This document shows, one piece after another, positions 19,001 through 28,506 of a DNA stretch of 64,000 nucleotides. The stretch lies in IMG/VR virus record IMGVR_UViG_3300037089_000506; one strand, written 5' to 3'. Each line of letters opens with the position of its first letter. Position 1 is the stretch's first letter. The notes beneath the pieces are model-generated. The model was not told where the DNA came from and searched no databases. It worked only from the letters and a program-made list of their open reading frames with translations. This DNA is from a virus. Both the position numbers and the translations under genes were made by a program.

Positions 19001-19772
19001 CATTTATTAGTCCTAAATGAACAGTACCTATTCTATGTATTAACTTTATTGGAAGATTGTAGCCATTTAGGCTACCCACCCAACGATGCATGAGCCATAT
19101 TCTTTTTACTATATTACGAAGGAAGTCATTTTCTTTTGTAATATCTAATGCATCCCCCTGCTCCACATTAGTATAAGGGAGAAAAGCTAAAGGAACTTTG
19201 AAATCAAATATAGAAGATATATTGGCTATTTTATCCATAAAAGCTGCTTGGTCCCCATCATAGTAATCTATATTATAAAGGGTTTTAAGCTCATTAAATC
19301 TATCTATCATGTATTGATATTCTGTAACTAGGGCATCACATAATTCAGCATAAAATTCATTTTGCATTAAGGAGTGTATATGTATATAGGGATTTATCAC
19401 TGTTATGTAATCGGGTTGCTGCCGTATATAGGAGCTGATAGAAGTATCTGTTACATTGGTTATCTGATATTTCGAAGTAGCATCAGGGATATTTTTCCAA
19501 TTATTCTGAACAACAAGGCTAGTAGTCCCATTAGAAACTATTGTATTAGTTTGTCCTGCCCCTGTTCCAGAGAGAATGTAGATTGTATATCCTGCATATA
19601 CATTAGTTACCCAAGATTGTGATGTATCATTAAAAACATTTGGTGAATTAGAACCTGAGGAAGTAGAATTTATTACTATTGCTCCATAAGTAGCATCTAT
19701 AGGTATAACCTTTATATAACTGGGGACCGTAGAGGGTAGGGAGCCTAATCGTTCTATTAAAGTAGTGCTCAT
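16065..19772 (-). CDS. Baseplate wedge/fibre-attachment protein with LamG (concanavalin-A-like) domain and inserted modules
   Basis: Follows gp6-like gene; LamG motifs WHRITLAF, LVYVDG, YKGYLSDIRIWDRVL; C-term ITEIGIFDGTNTMVAYATFPP typical of fibre-base domains; two SGTGAGQT modules. Confidence 0.65.
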   Translation of the reverse strand: MSTTLIERLGSLPSTVPSYIKVIPIDATYGAIVINSTSSGSNSPNVFNDTSQSWVTNVYAGYTIYILSGTGAGQTNTIVSNGTTSLVVQNNWKNIPDATSKYQITNVTDTSISSYIRQQPDYITVINPYIHIHSLMQNEFYAELCDALVTEYQYMIDRFNELKTLYNIDYYDGDQAAFMDKIANISSIFDFKVPLAFLPYTNVEQGDALDITKENDFLRNIVKRIWLMHRWVGSLNGYNLPIKLIHRIGTVHLGLINATSGSIQVSTNRIYRIVNPESYNIAIPGTTSSVYPISPNIEGLISFSDIPPSYLRWDTGQAWDVKVTQNNTFPIAWDSKVLITNAGKRLFIEIALDRLLLHTNSVNTHTSLLENIFLDTVNTLLQEVTRAQDTLQIGTQMTLVTNKDGRFNSLSGSDAVYSHPNIQAKFQVFQGRWTSASNSSYIKIGSGGYTDFASPVSVQQSVVTSSTSTSITDSTQTWTTNWANYSVYILSGTGAGQTRVILSNNTTTINISATTPWSPLPDTTSVYRILGTVDTNVFVKVGESVSAQYKTQLIDLQNPLYSSPILIGEISNLGTYTLVNTVVHSRSFNTTGNVVNMIINGSNMLPTLAYTTTLQFVHTYIAPGAVQVNININVLPQAPTISADAGTQVTFTLTSGAVDTIYTILVTHAATAGGNVYIVVSSGTITIPVYNNWTTSQIAAAIAGTIIPNWRVVATGATVTMISIINDIHQRLFMYEQIDPIAQIYNPKYRVQNMIAAIPTVVVSTAPGIGIGPITKSGVLPYSYSFTISSVISPQSGTYITINNTIIDIYETDTYQSIAERIVATTIPNWTISWGTSIISNVTVYTIYMVYINPYTELANTSTYFGYTMDNTFENLSSNSYLPTAQLQALLPLQLYNIDMFPSLYENLIGDYRNDTSSITTLTDSYYNQQNGTVHGTVSVITGYVKNGYSYDGSTAYITVADSLALNRDMPKTNGMSLAFSYNLNTNANTSTVLVAKQTSSFSAGWGLYMTYSSGSTATLTFKSAFATTNGTWTIAIPATGWHRITLAFSATTGPGSILVYVDGIIVTATAGTVGSGVYLTDSGLSLLIGGFSASSYNYKGYLSDIRIWDRVLNTYELTNEITAIKGRLTLMYDTLNNPQYFYVDHVQGAIGMKLQYNPNGMLSNTYEATSPSNYVLENMYIDEQYKLGTTTSNVAITEIGIFDGTNTMVAYATFPPVIYNSNNYHLAFNLLIAN

Positions 19773-19781
19773 GTATTCGCC

Positions 19782-22211
19782 TTATATGGATTGTAACTCT
19801 ATAACAACATCATCTATTACGGTATTATTCTGTAAGATTTGCCCTATTTGAACTATGCTATTAGGGGTATAGGCAGTAAAATTATTGTTTATTGGTTGTG
19901 CCACTATTTCAATGACTACAAAGTCATCCACAGCAGAATCTTGGAAATTAAGATAAGGTTGAGTGGTACTCCCTGGTAGGTATAAAGGAATACTGATAGA
20001 GCCATAGCCTAGCTTTACTACTGAAAGATCAGTAGGTATCAGACTGGTGTAGTCAAAAGAAAAATAAAATGGTATGTATAGATTATTTACATTAGACCCT
20101 ACTACTGCGGGAGTATTTGTCACAGGAATAACATAGGGGGCTGTAGTTCCACTTAGGACATAGTTTGTCATATAATTGTTATCAGTTATTTCAGAAATAT
20201 AGGGATATTCCAACATCTGAAATACCCCAGAAGGTGTGGTAGAGAAGTTTACTCCTATAATACCACTAGAAGCAGGAACATTAATAAAACTTGATCCAGC
20301 ACTAGAGGTTAGGGTTGGGGTAACCTGCATAATACCTGAAGAAGGGGAAAGGGTTATTGTATAAGGAGAAGAACCAGAATTATACGGTGCAACTCCTGGA
20401 TAGACTGTACCACCATAAGTACCACCAACAATAGTGTAATAAATGATATTCATTACAATTGTAGGTGTTGGGGTAGGGCTGGAAGGTATAGTAATTGCTA
20501 TTGTGCTATTGCAGAAGTTTATATTCCCATTTGTGATAGGATTAGTAACTGTGCAGGTATAGGAAATAGTATTGTTGGCAATAGGAACAAAAAATAATGT
20601 TCTGCTATTGGCAAGGCATGCTGTACAAGTGAATATGATATTCATTTTCAAGCAGTACTGATGATTATTATCAAAGCCATATAACGAAGTAAAAGAAGGA
20701 TCAAAATAAAAGCTCTGGGTATAATATCCGGGGTATGAAGAACTGATAGCAAAAGAACTTGCAGGGATGTCTATTACTGCTTCCAGTTGATTGGTTACCT
20801 TTTGAAGGGAGTACTTACTACTGATGTAGGAAATAACAGCAGAGCTATCAAAAGAAGAGTTAAAATTTTGTGTTACTGTTCCATACGTAGAGTAAATATC
20901 ACTTTGAACAGTAGAACCCAAAGATACAAGGTCTGTTGCAACAGAACTATCTACCGACCCCTCAATATTTAATCGTATATGAATAAAGTTAGGATCAATA
21001 TACTGTATTACATCCAAAGGGGAGTTCTTGTCTACTAAAGCAGAGCTAACATCTGCCACAAAGGTAGAATTAGAGCTTTCTACAACATTACCTTCAGTAT
21101 TAATAGCAGAATACATAATAGTATTTTGAGTTAGAGAAGTAGTAGGATCAGTATACATAGCAGTATATACTATAGCCGTCTGAACATAACTAAAACTCTC
21201 TATTACTTTTTTATAAGCTGCTGTGGATATAACTGATCCTCCATTAGTAATATACGCAGTAGGTGCCTTACCCTGTATAGAAGAGATTGTATCTTGTCCC
21301 GCCCCCCCTAATATAGAAGTTAGATTACTACAATAAAGAGTAGAGGATAAAGTAGATACAACAGTATTTACACTATAACTCTTAGTTACATTCCCTGAAG
21401 TACCTAATGAACTTAAATAATAAACAGTTATTGTTGATCCCGATGTTAGCAACGCTCCAGTAGTCCCATCACCGAACCTGATTAAAGTAGCAGATAGGTC
21501 TGTAGGCACTTGTATATCATAAGCATACTCTGTAGGCCCAGCAAGGAATATATCTTCATAGTCTTGCATTGTTATTGAAGAAGAAGACCCATATGGTTGA
21601 TATATAACATTCAAAAAGTTAGAAGAAATACTATTTGAACCATCCTCCATCGTAATATCAGCAATAGAAACTTCCTCAAAGGGGTTCCCTAATATAATAA
21701 TAGAAGTATTTGTTTGTACTCCTTGAATTACAGGAATCTCTAAATACTGCACCCCTTGTGATCCTTGGTATGTCATGTCTTGAGTTGATATAAATTGAAT
21801 GGTAGGAGATACCGAGGTAGAGAATATTGTTCCACGAGGTATAGGAATATCCGCTCCAGAGTAGGTAGATAGGTTAGCCTCTAAGTCCGCTAAAGTAAAA
21901 AGTATAGACCCTAAGTTATTCATTTGGGGGTCATGGGATACATAGATGCTCCCTATTGCTGAAATTCTACGTTGTGGTAAGTAACCTAAATAAGAGGATT
22001 GAGTTACGAAAGAAGAGAGATTTTGTGCATATCTCCACTTGCTTTCCGATAGTAGATTTTCCATATAACGAACTGACTCAGCCTCCGACTCTCCAATTCC
22101 ATCAATAAGACTAGTGGTAGCAGAATCACCTAGAATCTGTGACCAGTATTGGGTTGAAGATAAAGTGAATTTTAGTCGTGTTGATACTGATATAGGATCA
22201 AATTGTTTCAT
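19782..22211 (-). CDS. Baseplate wedge protein (T4 gp6 / baseplate J-like)
   Basis: AQNLSS..SYLGYLPQRR, IPRGTIF, IRFGDGTTG, ITVYYLSSLGTSGN, GGAGQDTISSIQGKAP motifs. Confidence 0.85.
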   Translation of the reverse strand: MKQFDPISVSTRLKFTLSSTQYWSQILGDSATTSLIDGIGESEAESVRYMENLLSESKWRYAQNLSSFVTQSSYLGYLPQRRISAIGSIYVSHDPQMNNLGSILFTLADLEANLSTYSGADIPIPRGTIFSTSVSPTIQFISTQDMTYQGSQGVQYLEIPVIQGVQTNTSIIILGNPFEEVSIADITMEDGSNSISSNFLNVIYQPYGSSSSITMQDYEDIFLAGPTEYAYDIQVPTDLSATLIRFGDGTTGALLTSGSTITVYYLSSLGTSGNVTKSYSVNTVVSTLSSTLYCSNLTSILGGAGQDTISSIQGKAPTAYITNGGSVISTAAYKKVIESFSYVQTAIVYTAMYTDPTTSLTQNTIMYSAINTEGNVVESSNSTFVADVSSALVDKNSPLDVIQYIDPNFIHIRLNIEGSVDSSVATDLVSLGSTVQSDIYSTYGTVTQNFNSSFDSSAVISYISSKYSLQKVTNQLEAVIDIPASSFAISSSYPGYYTQSFYFDPSFTSLYGFDNNHQYCLKMNIIFTCTACLANSRTLFFVPIANNTISYTCTVTNPITNGNINFCNSTIAITIPSSPTPTPTIVMNIIYYTIVGGTYGGTVYPGVAPYNSGSSPYTITLSPSSGIMQVTPTLTSSAGSSFINVPASSGIIGVNFSTTPSGVFQMLEYPYISEITDNNYMTNYVLSGTTAPYVIPVTNTPAVVGSNVNNLYIPFYFSFDYTSLIPTDLSVVKLGYGSISIPLYLPGSTTQPYLNFQDSAVDDFVVIEIVAQPINNNFTAYTPNSIVQIGQILQNNTVIDDVVIELQSI

Positions 22212-22603
22212 GAAGCTGGTACCCCCAAATTAATCTGAGTTGTCAAATTATTATATGTATCAGAAAATAATATAGTAACAATGAATTGCTTACCTTGTGT
22301 ATCTATACTAGTAGATATTTTATTGATAACAATGTTAGTATAATTAGATAGAGCATCCCTAATTTTAGTTTCTAACACTTGTTGGTTGGAAGGAGTTAAT
22401 TGGGCTCCAATTATCTCAAATAATTGACCCCCTTTTCCTATAGTTCTACCATAATCACCTTGAGCGGAGAACAAATACATCTTTATTACATTTTTTATAG
22501 CATCTATACTCTTTATTTGAGCTGTAGAGCCCTCACTTACTATGGTTCCATTATAATCAAGATCAACATATTGAGTTACGTCTACACTATTTATATTTGC
22601 CAT
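22208..22603 (-). CDS. Baseplate protein (T4 gp25-like)
   Basis: 131 aa; DAIKNVIKMYLFSAQGDYGR..GG; ATGA-coupled to the gp6-like gene. Confidence 0.75.
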   Translation of the reverse strand: MANINSVDVTQYVDLDYNGTIVSEGSTAQIKSIDAIKNVIKMYLFSAQGDYGRTIGKGGQLFEIIGAQLTPSNQQVLETKIRDALSNYTNIVINKISTSIDTQGKQFIVTILFSDTYNNLTTQINLGVPAS

Positions 22604-22611
22604 GTGTCCCT

Positions 22612-23175
22612 TTACAAAGCACCTACATACCTAGCACTTGTATCAAAATACATGTGTCCGCATGAAAAAGAAACCTCTAACTCTATAGGATTATTTTCCG
22701 ACCAATCATATGAAGGATAAGAAAGAGATTTTGGGATTGCATCCTCTACTATGAGTACACCAGCGTGAGTATGATTATCGTTTAAAGATATTTTTATAGT
22801 TCCTGTTGGGTTCACGCCTGCGAAATAATAATGATTTATAAAATCATAAATTTTATTCAACCAATCCTTAAATATGCTTAATAAATCATATGTAGAATTT
22901 TCTTTAAATGTAAGAGTTATGCCTTTTATTCTATCTGGTCCTTTTATTATAAAGTTTTGAATAGCCTCATTATATTCCATTGTATTACCAAAAGAACCCT
23001 CAAAAGTAACTTTTTTTACTCTAGAGGTAGTTAATAAAGAGGTGAGTTTAGTATTTATGTCTGATAAACTGTTAGTATTAGTATCAATAAGAACTTCAAA
23101 AAGATTTGGAAATGCCCGAGAACTTTCAACATTTAGAAGAGTAGATATTTGTTTTCCATCATCTGTAGGGGTCAT
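22612..23175 (-). CDS. Tail-tube-like protein (tube initiator, gp54/gp48-like)
   Basis: PNLFEVLI, ITLTFKEN..DWLNKI, PKSLSYPSYDWS..ELEVSF tube-fold motifs. Confidence 0.6.
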   Translation of the reverse strand: MTPTDDGKQISTLLNVESSRAFPNLFEVLIDTNTNSLSDINTKLTSLLTTSRVKKVTFEGSFGNTMEYNEAIQNFIIKGPDRIKGITLTFKENSTYDLLSIFKDWLNKIYDFINHYYFAGVNPTGTIKISLNDNHTHAGVLIVEDAIPKSLSYPSYDWSENNPIELEVSFSCGHMYFDTSARYVGAL

Positions 23176-23180
23176 ATATA

Positions 23181-23186
23181 ATTAGT
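23181..23186 (-). promoter_or_regulatory. Late promoter motif ACTAAT (leaderless)
   Basis: ACTAAT TATAT ATG. Confidence 0.7.
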
Positions 23187-23213
23187 ATAAAAAAGCCCTT
23201 CGTGGAAGGGCTT
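23187..23213 (-). terminator. Intrinsic terminator after the tail tube gene
   Basis: AAGCCCTTC-CAC-GAAGGGCTT then a T run on the minus strand. Confidence 0.85.
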
Positions 23214-23217
23214 AATT

Positions 23218-23907
23218 TTAAAGTTGAGTGGTGAGCTTAGGAGAAGAATCCCTATTCTGAACATCTCCAATATTATTGGTATTGATTGATGACCATGGTT
23301 CTACATATCTACCAAAGATAAATTCAGCAGTAGTAGTAACTGCATCTGCTCCTGATCTTTGGAAATTAGGAGTTCCTACTTTACTACATATTACATCAAA
23401 AAAAATCCATTGAGCACCTAAGGTTGAATTGTTTAGAGTACCAGAAGAAGGATCAGTATACCCATCTAACGGAGTAGAGACATTATAAGCAACTACAACA
23501 ATCGTACCATAATTTGTTAGATCTGAGGTTACTGCTGTACCATTATCAGATAATGATCCTGGTTGAACATTCCCTTCTCCTGAAGGGTCTGCCCATATAT
23601 GTTTCCAGCTCATTAGGTCCCCATAAAGATTATAAGCAGTATCTTGTCTAAACTCAATAGTAAAAGTTCTTTCTCCTTGTAATTTAGGTGCTTGTTTGGT
23701 TAATTGAACAGCTTTATAGTCAGAATTGTATGTCATTAAACTTAATTCTGGAGGTTGAAACCCCATAGCACGAACACTATAATTATATCCAGATGCATTA
23801 CCGTACTGAGGATACGATATTGCACCAGGAAGTGTTATCTTTATATCATAAAGATTAGTAAATGCATCAATACCTGCGTTCATCAAAAGGGTTATTTCAC
23901 CACTCAT
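23218..23907 (-). CDS. Tail tube protein (gp19-like)
   Basis: NLYDIKI, GERTFTIEFRQD, WIFFDVICSKVGTPNF..TTTAEFIF; immediately downstream of the sheath. Confidence 0.75.
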   Translation of the reverse strand: MSGEITLLMNAGIDAFTNLYDIKITLPGAISYPQYGNASGYNYSVRAMGFQPPELSLMTYNSDYKAVQLTKQAPKLQGERTFTIEFRQDTAYNLYGDLMSWKHIWADPSGEGNVQPGSLSDNGTAVTSDLTNYGTIVVVAYNVSTPLDGYTDPSSGTLNNSTLGAQWIFFDVICSKVGTPNFQRSGADAVTTTAEFIFGRYVEPWSSINTNNIGDVQNRDSSPKLTTQL

Positions 23908-23928
23908 TATTATTCCCCCATCCTTCTA

Positions 23929-23934
23929 ATTAGT
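23929..23934 (-). promoter_or_regulatory. Late promoter motif ACTAAT (leadered)
   Basis: ACTAAT TAGAA GGATGGGGGAATAATA ATG. Confidence 0.6.
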
Positions 23935-23938
23935 CTTT

Positions 23939-26617
23939 TTATGCCGAAGTCACATTGGAAGTTTGACCAACGTTATTGAAAATCAAGGTTACGTACTCAC
24001 TGAATGGCGTTACTTTTACCCTTATCTTCATCATAAAGTTATTCTGTGCCATAGTAGAAGGAGTATTTACCTGAGTAATAAATACTTGCCCAGAATTCCA
24101 TATTGCTGTAGGTCCTGATAATCTTTGACTTAGATATATATTAGATTGGTCTGTTCGAAGCTGCATATGGTAACTATCTATTAATTTACCAATCTGAGGT
24201 AGCATTACATTTTGTCGTATTTGCGCCTCAAACAAATCGAAGGACATTTGGTGGCCCAAATAAGACCAGTCTGTAAGTATAATAGGTGATTGGGCTGTCT
24301 TCTCAGAGGTAATCATAAGATTATAATAAGAATCCAGAATAATTGGATTTATTCCCGCTGCATCAAGTGAATCTAAATGCGAGGCTTGGAGGGTATACTT
24401 TGCCCACTGCACACTCTTATTAATCTGCCCACCTACTGCTGGTGAACCTTCATTAGTAAACATAGGAGCGGCACCACCAAGTTTTACATCCATTATGAGT
24501 GCCAACATTGAAGCTACAGCACCTAAAGGAATATTGTAATAAGAGGTACTGTTGTAAGACTCTGACATCCAGAACTCATTACAGTAATAAGCCAATCCAG
24601 TAAGATTAGGATAGGATGCCCGAGCAGTAATTATATCATTTACAATAGTATTAACTGCTGAAGTTGAAGTAGCGGCTAGGTCTGAAACCTTTATGCCAGT
24701 GATAAAGGTGGCAAATGGATAGGTAGATGTTCTCAAAGAAGCCATTATAGTAGGAATATTGTAGGAGTCACATTCAGGATCAAAGAATATATTAGTATTT
24801 TGTAGCGCTGGAATACTTAGCATGTTCCACCCAGATACCAATATTGAACTTAGTTGTAGTGGTGTTATAGTAGAAGTAGTAGCTGCTCGTGTTCCTATCA
24901 TAGAAAAACTAAAAGAATTGGGAAACTGGAACCCTGGAACCATATTAGTAAAAGATTGATAGCAAATAGCACCTAAGAAATTATCTCCTGTCAATACTGT
25001 AGGAGCATATTGAGAGTTCCCTGCCCCATCTGTTTGGGTTGAAAGAGGACTTAAAACATAATTATTTGTATAAGTATTTCCAGGATAGGATAGTTCATTA
25101 TAATTGAAGGCAATAGTATTGTAGTTATAGTTAGTCTGGGCTGTGCCTAGAGTGGCAACAGGAGAGGTAGTAAGGGCTGCTGAGAATCCTAGCCATGTAG
25201 AGCCTAATACCAAAGTGGGTATAGGTAAAGACTGCGCATAAGTTATGATTATAGTATTTGTACTGGCAGTTACTGCATAGTTTCCAGTAGCACCTGTAAC
25301 AGCAGGAGAGGCTATGGTAGCAATAGCTGTGGCTAAACCAGTATTTGTGGTTACTGCTGAACCAGAGTAATTTAATATGTATCCACCAATAGTTATTGTT
25401 CCAGAGGTTACTGATCCTGAGCCACTTAATGTGTAAATTGTAACATTATTTACAGTAAATCCTGTAGTGTTTGTTCCAAGAGTTAACGTAGGGGCAGCAA
25501 GATTTCTGGCTGCTGTTATTGATACCGTAGTTGTACCGAAAGTAGCATTATACCCAACAGGGAGTACATAACCCCCTGATGTTATATTACTTGACATGGA
25601 GGCTACTACCTGCGTAGGCGTGGTTAGTGTAGAACCAGCTACAGCAGATACAACTATACCACAAATAGTAAAATAGTAAGTGCTTGCACTTGTTATAGAC
25701 CCTGAGCCCCCCAAAGTAAATGTATATGTAGTTTGGGGATAAACAGGATTTTGTAAATCAACCTTAGCATTGGATACAGTACCTGATATTGCTCGTGGAG
25801 AGTTTTGGTATAATGACATAATAGCGAGAGATTGAAGATTATATATCCATTGAACTACTATATTATTTGTAGCTATTGAAGTAATAACAGTTGTGCCTGT
25901 TTGGAAATTTAGGTCAGAATAAGAACCATTAAGATAAGTAGTGAAAGGCCCTGAGTTAGCACCATTTATGGTTATTTGAGTACCACTAGAAGATACTGCT
26001 CCAGCGGCTGATGTTAATGTAGCACCACCATTAGGATTCACTACACTTATTGTTGTTGCTGTTGCATTTACCGTAAAGGTAATTGAAGCTGTAGTACCAT
26101 CGCTTCTGGTAAAGGATAATACTAATCCAGATACATTTGCTAACTGGAAAAATGCTTGGGGTATGCCTGTAATAGTAATCTGATAAGAACTATATACTAT
26201 AGCCGCATTCCCCGATAGAGGAGAACCATCACCAACCTGTACAGCAGTTAGAAAGTTTACTGAGGGGATACCTGTATTGCTTTCTGTCACTTGATAGAAG
26301 GGCTCAAAAGACCCTAAAGTTGTAAGATACCCACCACCAAAATAACTATAGGAATTAGATGCTGGAATTGTACCACCAGGGGCTGAAAGCCAAAGACTAT
26401 AATTATTGATAAAGTCTAATGCTTCTTGCACTCCTGGATACTGCGAAGACGGTGCTCCATACAAATTCAAGAGAGTTTGAGTATCTCCCTTATTTACTAG
26501 GTGAGGATACGCAAGTCCTTTTGATGCTTTTATTACAGTAGCACCAGTAATAGCTGTCTGGGTACCTACTGAGAAAGATTGGTCTATATTCTGGAAGCGT
26601 AATCTATTAGTTACCAT
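23939..26617 (-). CDS. Tail sheath protein (gp18-like) with inserted modules
   Basis: N-term FQNIDQSF...G..L..LYG; C-term sheath motifs GINPII, SEKTAQ, VNTPSTMAQNNFMMKIRVKVTPFSEYVTLIF. Confidence 0.85.
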   Translation of the reverse strand: MVTNRLRFQNIDQSFSVGTQTAITGATVIKASKGLAYPHLVNKGDTQTLLNLYGAPSSQYPGVQEALDFINNYSLWLSAPGGTIPASNSYSYFGGGYLTTLGSFEPFYQVTESNTGIPSVNFLTAVQVGDGSPLSGNAAIVYSSYQITITGIPQAFFQLANVSGLVLSFTRSDGTTASITFTVNATATTISVVNPNGGATLTSAAGAVSSSGTQITINGANSGPFTTYLNGSYSDLNFQTGTTVITSIATNNIVVQWIYNLQSLAIMSLYQNSPRAISGTVSNAKVDLQNPVYPQTTYTFTLGGSGSITSASTYYFTICGIVVSAVAGSTLTTPTQVVASMSSNITSGGYVLPVGYNATFGTTTVSITAARNLAAPTLTLGTNTTGFTVNNVTIYTLSGSGSVTSGTITIGGYILNYSGSAVTTNTGLATAIATIASPAVTGATGNYAVTASTNTIIITYAQSLPIPTLVLGSTWLGFSAALTTSPVATLGTAQTNYNYNTIAFNYNELSYPGNTYTNNYVLSPLSTQTDGAGNSQYAPTVLTGDNFLGAICYQSFTNMVPGFQFPNSFSFSMIGTRAATTSTITPLQLSSILVSGWNMLSIPALQNTNIFFDPECDSYNIPTIMASLRTSTYPFATFITGIKVSDLAATSTSAVNTIVNDIITARASYPNLTGLAYYCNEFWMSESYNSTSYYNIPLGAVASMLALIMDVKLGGAAPMFTNEGSPAVGGQINKSVQWAKYTLQASHLDSLDAAGINPIILDSYYNLMITSEKTAQSPIILTDWSYLGHQMSFDLFEAQIRQNVMLPQIGKLIDSYHMQLRTDQSNIYLSQRLSGPTAIWNSGQVFITQVNTPSTMAQNNFMMKIRVKVTPFSEYVTLIFNNVGQTSNVTSA

Positions 26618-26638
26618 TGAGTTTCCTCTTTATTTATA

Positions 26639-26644
26639 ATTAGT
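26639..26644 (-). promoter_or_regulatory. Late promoter motif ACTAAT (leadered)
   Basis: ACTAAT TATAA ATAAAGAGGAAACTCA ATG. Confidence 0.6.
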
Positions 26645-26657
26645 CCCTATTTTTTTA

Positions 26658-27743
26658 TTAGGTATAGCCTATAATACCAGGGATTTGAACCCCATTCTCC
26701 CCTGCCAGGGTAGTAGCCTGTGTTATATACTTTGTAATATTGCCATTATCAGAGGTAAACCACACAGTAATATTATAGGTTGAGTCAGAATGTAAATCGG
26801 TTAGGATATAAGATAGCTGGTTCATTGGAGCCGTATAATTATCAGCACCATTTACATTTATTACTACTGTATTTTCTGTATAATAGGGCATTACAGCTTG
26901 ATTGTATGCCCACGTTACTGTGATGGAATTAGCAGTTATCTCCTCGGTAGATACTATACCTAATAGTTCAGGATCGGCTGTAAATACTCCCTTAATCTCC
27001 ATATTATAATTATCCTGATCATAAAAGGTATTTTGGAACTTATAGGATAGGAAATCTAATAATACATTTTCCGTAATAACGGGGGAATCTTGAACAAAGA
27101 AAGTAGAAGATTGAGGAGTTTGTGGAATCTGGCTCATAATCACAGAACGTAAATGAATATCAAAGTTAATAGGAATAATATGAGCTTTTTCTAACCATTC
27201 ATCTTCATTATAGGAGGGCATCCATTGAATATTCTCTACTTCAAAAAGAATAGGTATTTGTATAGCATAGCCTAAGTATGTCAAGGACCCATAATTAAAC
27301 TGCTGTGGTGCTGGGTTTTGAATCCATACTAAAGTTTCATAGGCTAATTGTGCGTCGTCAGTACGGCTAAAAAAAGCAGTACAGTTGAATATAATCTGTC
27401 CTTGTAGAAACCGAATATTCTGAAATCCTATAGAACTATCAGGAAACCCCACTAATCCCGCAGTAGCATTCTGCACCGCTGGTCTATCGTCTATCTGCCA
27501 GTTGCCTGTCCAGAAATAACGCATAAAAGGCAAATCCAGCTCCTGAATAGAAGGGTTGCCATTTTTAGATTTTAGATTCAATCTCTGTCTAAATGCATAA
27601 TTTTCTGAGGCAAAGATAACCCTACTCAAATCACTTCTTAATAGGTTATTGGCAAAATAAGTTTCTATCGCCATTCTAATAAGGGTAAGTGAGTCTGAGT
27701 ATAAAGATAAATCATAATAAGAGGGAGGGGTAATCAATGCCAT
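26658..27743 (-). CDS. Tail terminator/sheath-stabiliser-like protein (gp15-like) with C-terminal fibronectin type III domain
   Basis: Just upstream of the sheath; ELDLPFMRYF; FN3 pattern SITVTW...YILTDLHSDSTYNITV. Confidence 0.55.
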   Translation of the reverse strand: MALITPPSYYDLSLYSDSLTLIRMAIETYFANNLLRSDLSRVIFASENYAFRQRLNLKSKNGNPSIQELDLPFMRYFWTGNWQIDDRPAVQNATAGLVGFPDSSIGFQNIRFLQGQIIFNCTAFFSRTDDAQLAYETLVWIQNPAPQQFNYGSLTYLGYAIQIPILFEVENIQWMPSYNEDEWLEKAHIIPINFDIHLRSVIMSQIPQTPQSSTFFVQDSPVITENVLLDFLSYKFQNTFYDQDNYNMEIKGVFTADPELLGIVSTEEITANSITVTWAYNQAVMPYYTENTVVINVNGADNYTAPMNQLSYILTDLHSDSTYNITVWFTSDNGNITKYITQATTLAGENGVQIPGIIGYT

Positions 27744-27748
27744 GTCTA

Positions 27749-27754
27749 ATTAGT
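27749..27754 (-). promoter_or_regulatory. Late promoter motif ACTAAT (leaderless)
   Basis: ACTAAT TAGAC ATG. Confidence 0.7.
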
Positions 27755-28504
27755 CTATAGAACACCCGCCAATCTATTCCTAATTTCTAGTAAAGATACT
27801 TCATATATTTCTTCTATCTCCGAAGTAAAGAACAATTCCTTGAATTTATCTAAAGTCTTGGCTTTTTCTATGAATTGGTAAATACCAATACATATAATAT
27901 AAAATTGATGTAACGTAGTGCATTTATATAAATCCTTTATTACTGTCATCATGTTATTTATAGCATCTGTTTCTTTATTAAAAAGATAGTTAGCAGGATC
28001 ATCAATAATATCATTATCATATGGCCTAAATAGATAAGTAAAATTATAGCTCTCAGATAGTTCCCCTAGCTCCGTTTCTCTAGTTCTACCATTCTCTATA
28101 TGTTCATTCAGAGAGGTAATTCTGTCAGCAGCTTTTATTTTAGGCCCATACAGTGACTCTAATACTTTAAATGATAATAGACCAGCAAAAGAAGCTCTAG
28201 TCTTAAAATCTTGCTTCTCATATTGAGACATGAATTTAACTGTAGATTCTAACGCAGTGTCATCAACAATATCGGGAGGTAAGAATATTTTACCTTTAGT
28301 CTTTTTCAATATAAGTGAACGGGCATAGGGTACTAATTCTTTGAACATTTGATGATATATTGCTACTTCACTATCAGTGGGAACCCCCTCTAATTTAGAT
28401 ATACCCTCTTTTATCTCTATTCTTTTTTCTCTTTCTTTTAGATACTCTTCTTCTAATTTTGTCAATAATAGTTCTGTAGCGGGTTTCTGTTTACTCCTAG
28501 CCAT
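27755..28504 (-). CDS. Sigma-factor-like protein with region 2 but no evident region-4 HTH (candidate late sigma); start re-called to ATG 28504 (249 aa)
   Basis: DDTALESTVKFMSQYEKQDF..SFAGLLSFKVLESLY...ITSLNEHI resembles sigma region 2.2-2.4 and the SLD motif; SD AGGAG 6 nt before ATG 28504. Confidence 0.55.
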   Translation of the reverse strand: MARSKQKPATELLLTKLEEEYLKEREKRIEIKEGISKLEGVPTDSEVAIYHQMFKELVPYARSLILKKTKGKIFLPPDIVDDTALESTVKFMSQYEKQDFKTRASFAGLLSFKVLESLYGPKIKAADRITSLNEHIENGRTRETELGELSESYNFTYLFRPYDNDIIDDPANYLFNKETDAINNMMTVIKDLYKCTTLHQFYIICIGIYQFIEKAKTLDKFKELFFTSEIEEIYEVSLLEIRNRLAGVL

Positions 28505-28506
28505 AA

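Noticed and set aside
21302-21308. G7 run (minus strand) as a phase-variation tract
   Set aside because: Lies in the conserved GGAG motif of an essential gp6-like gene and is in frame
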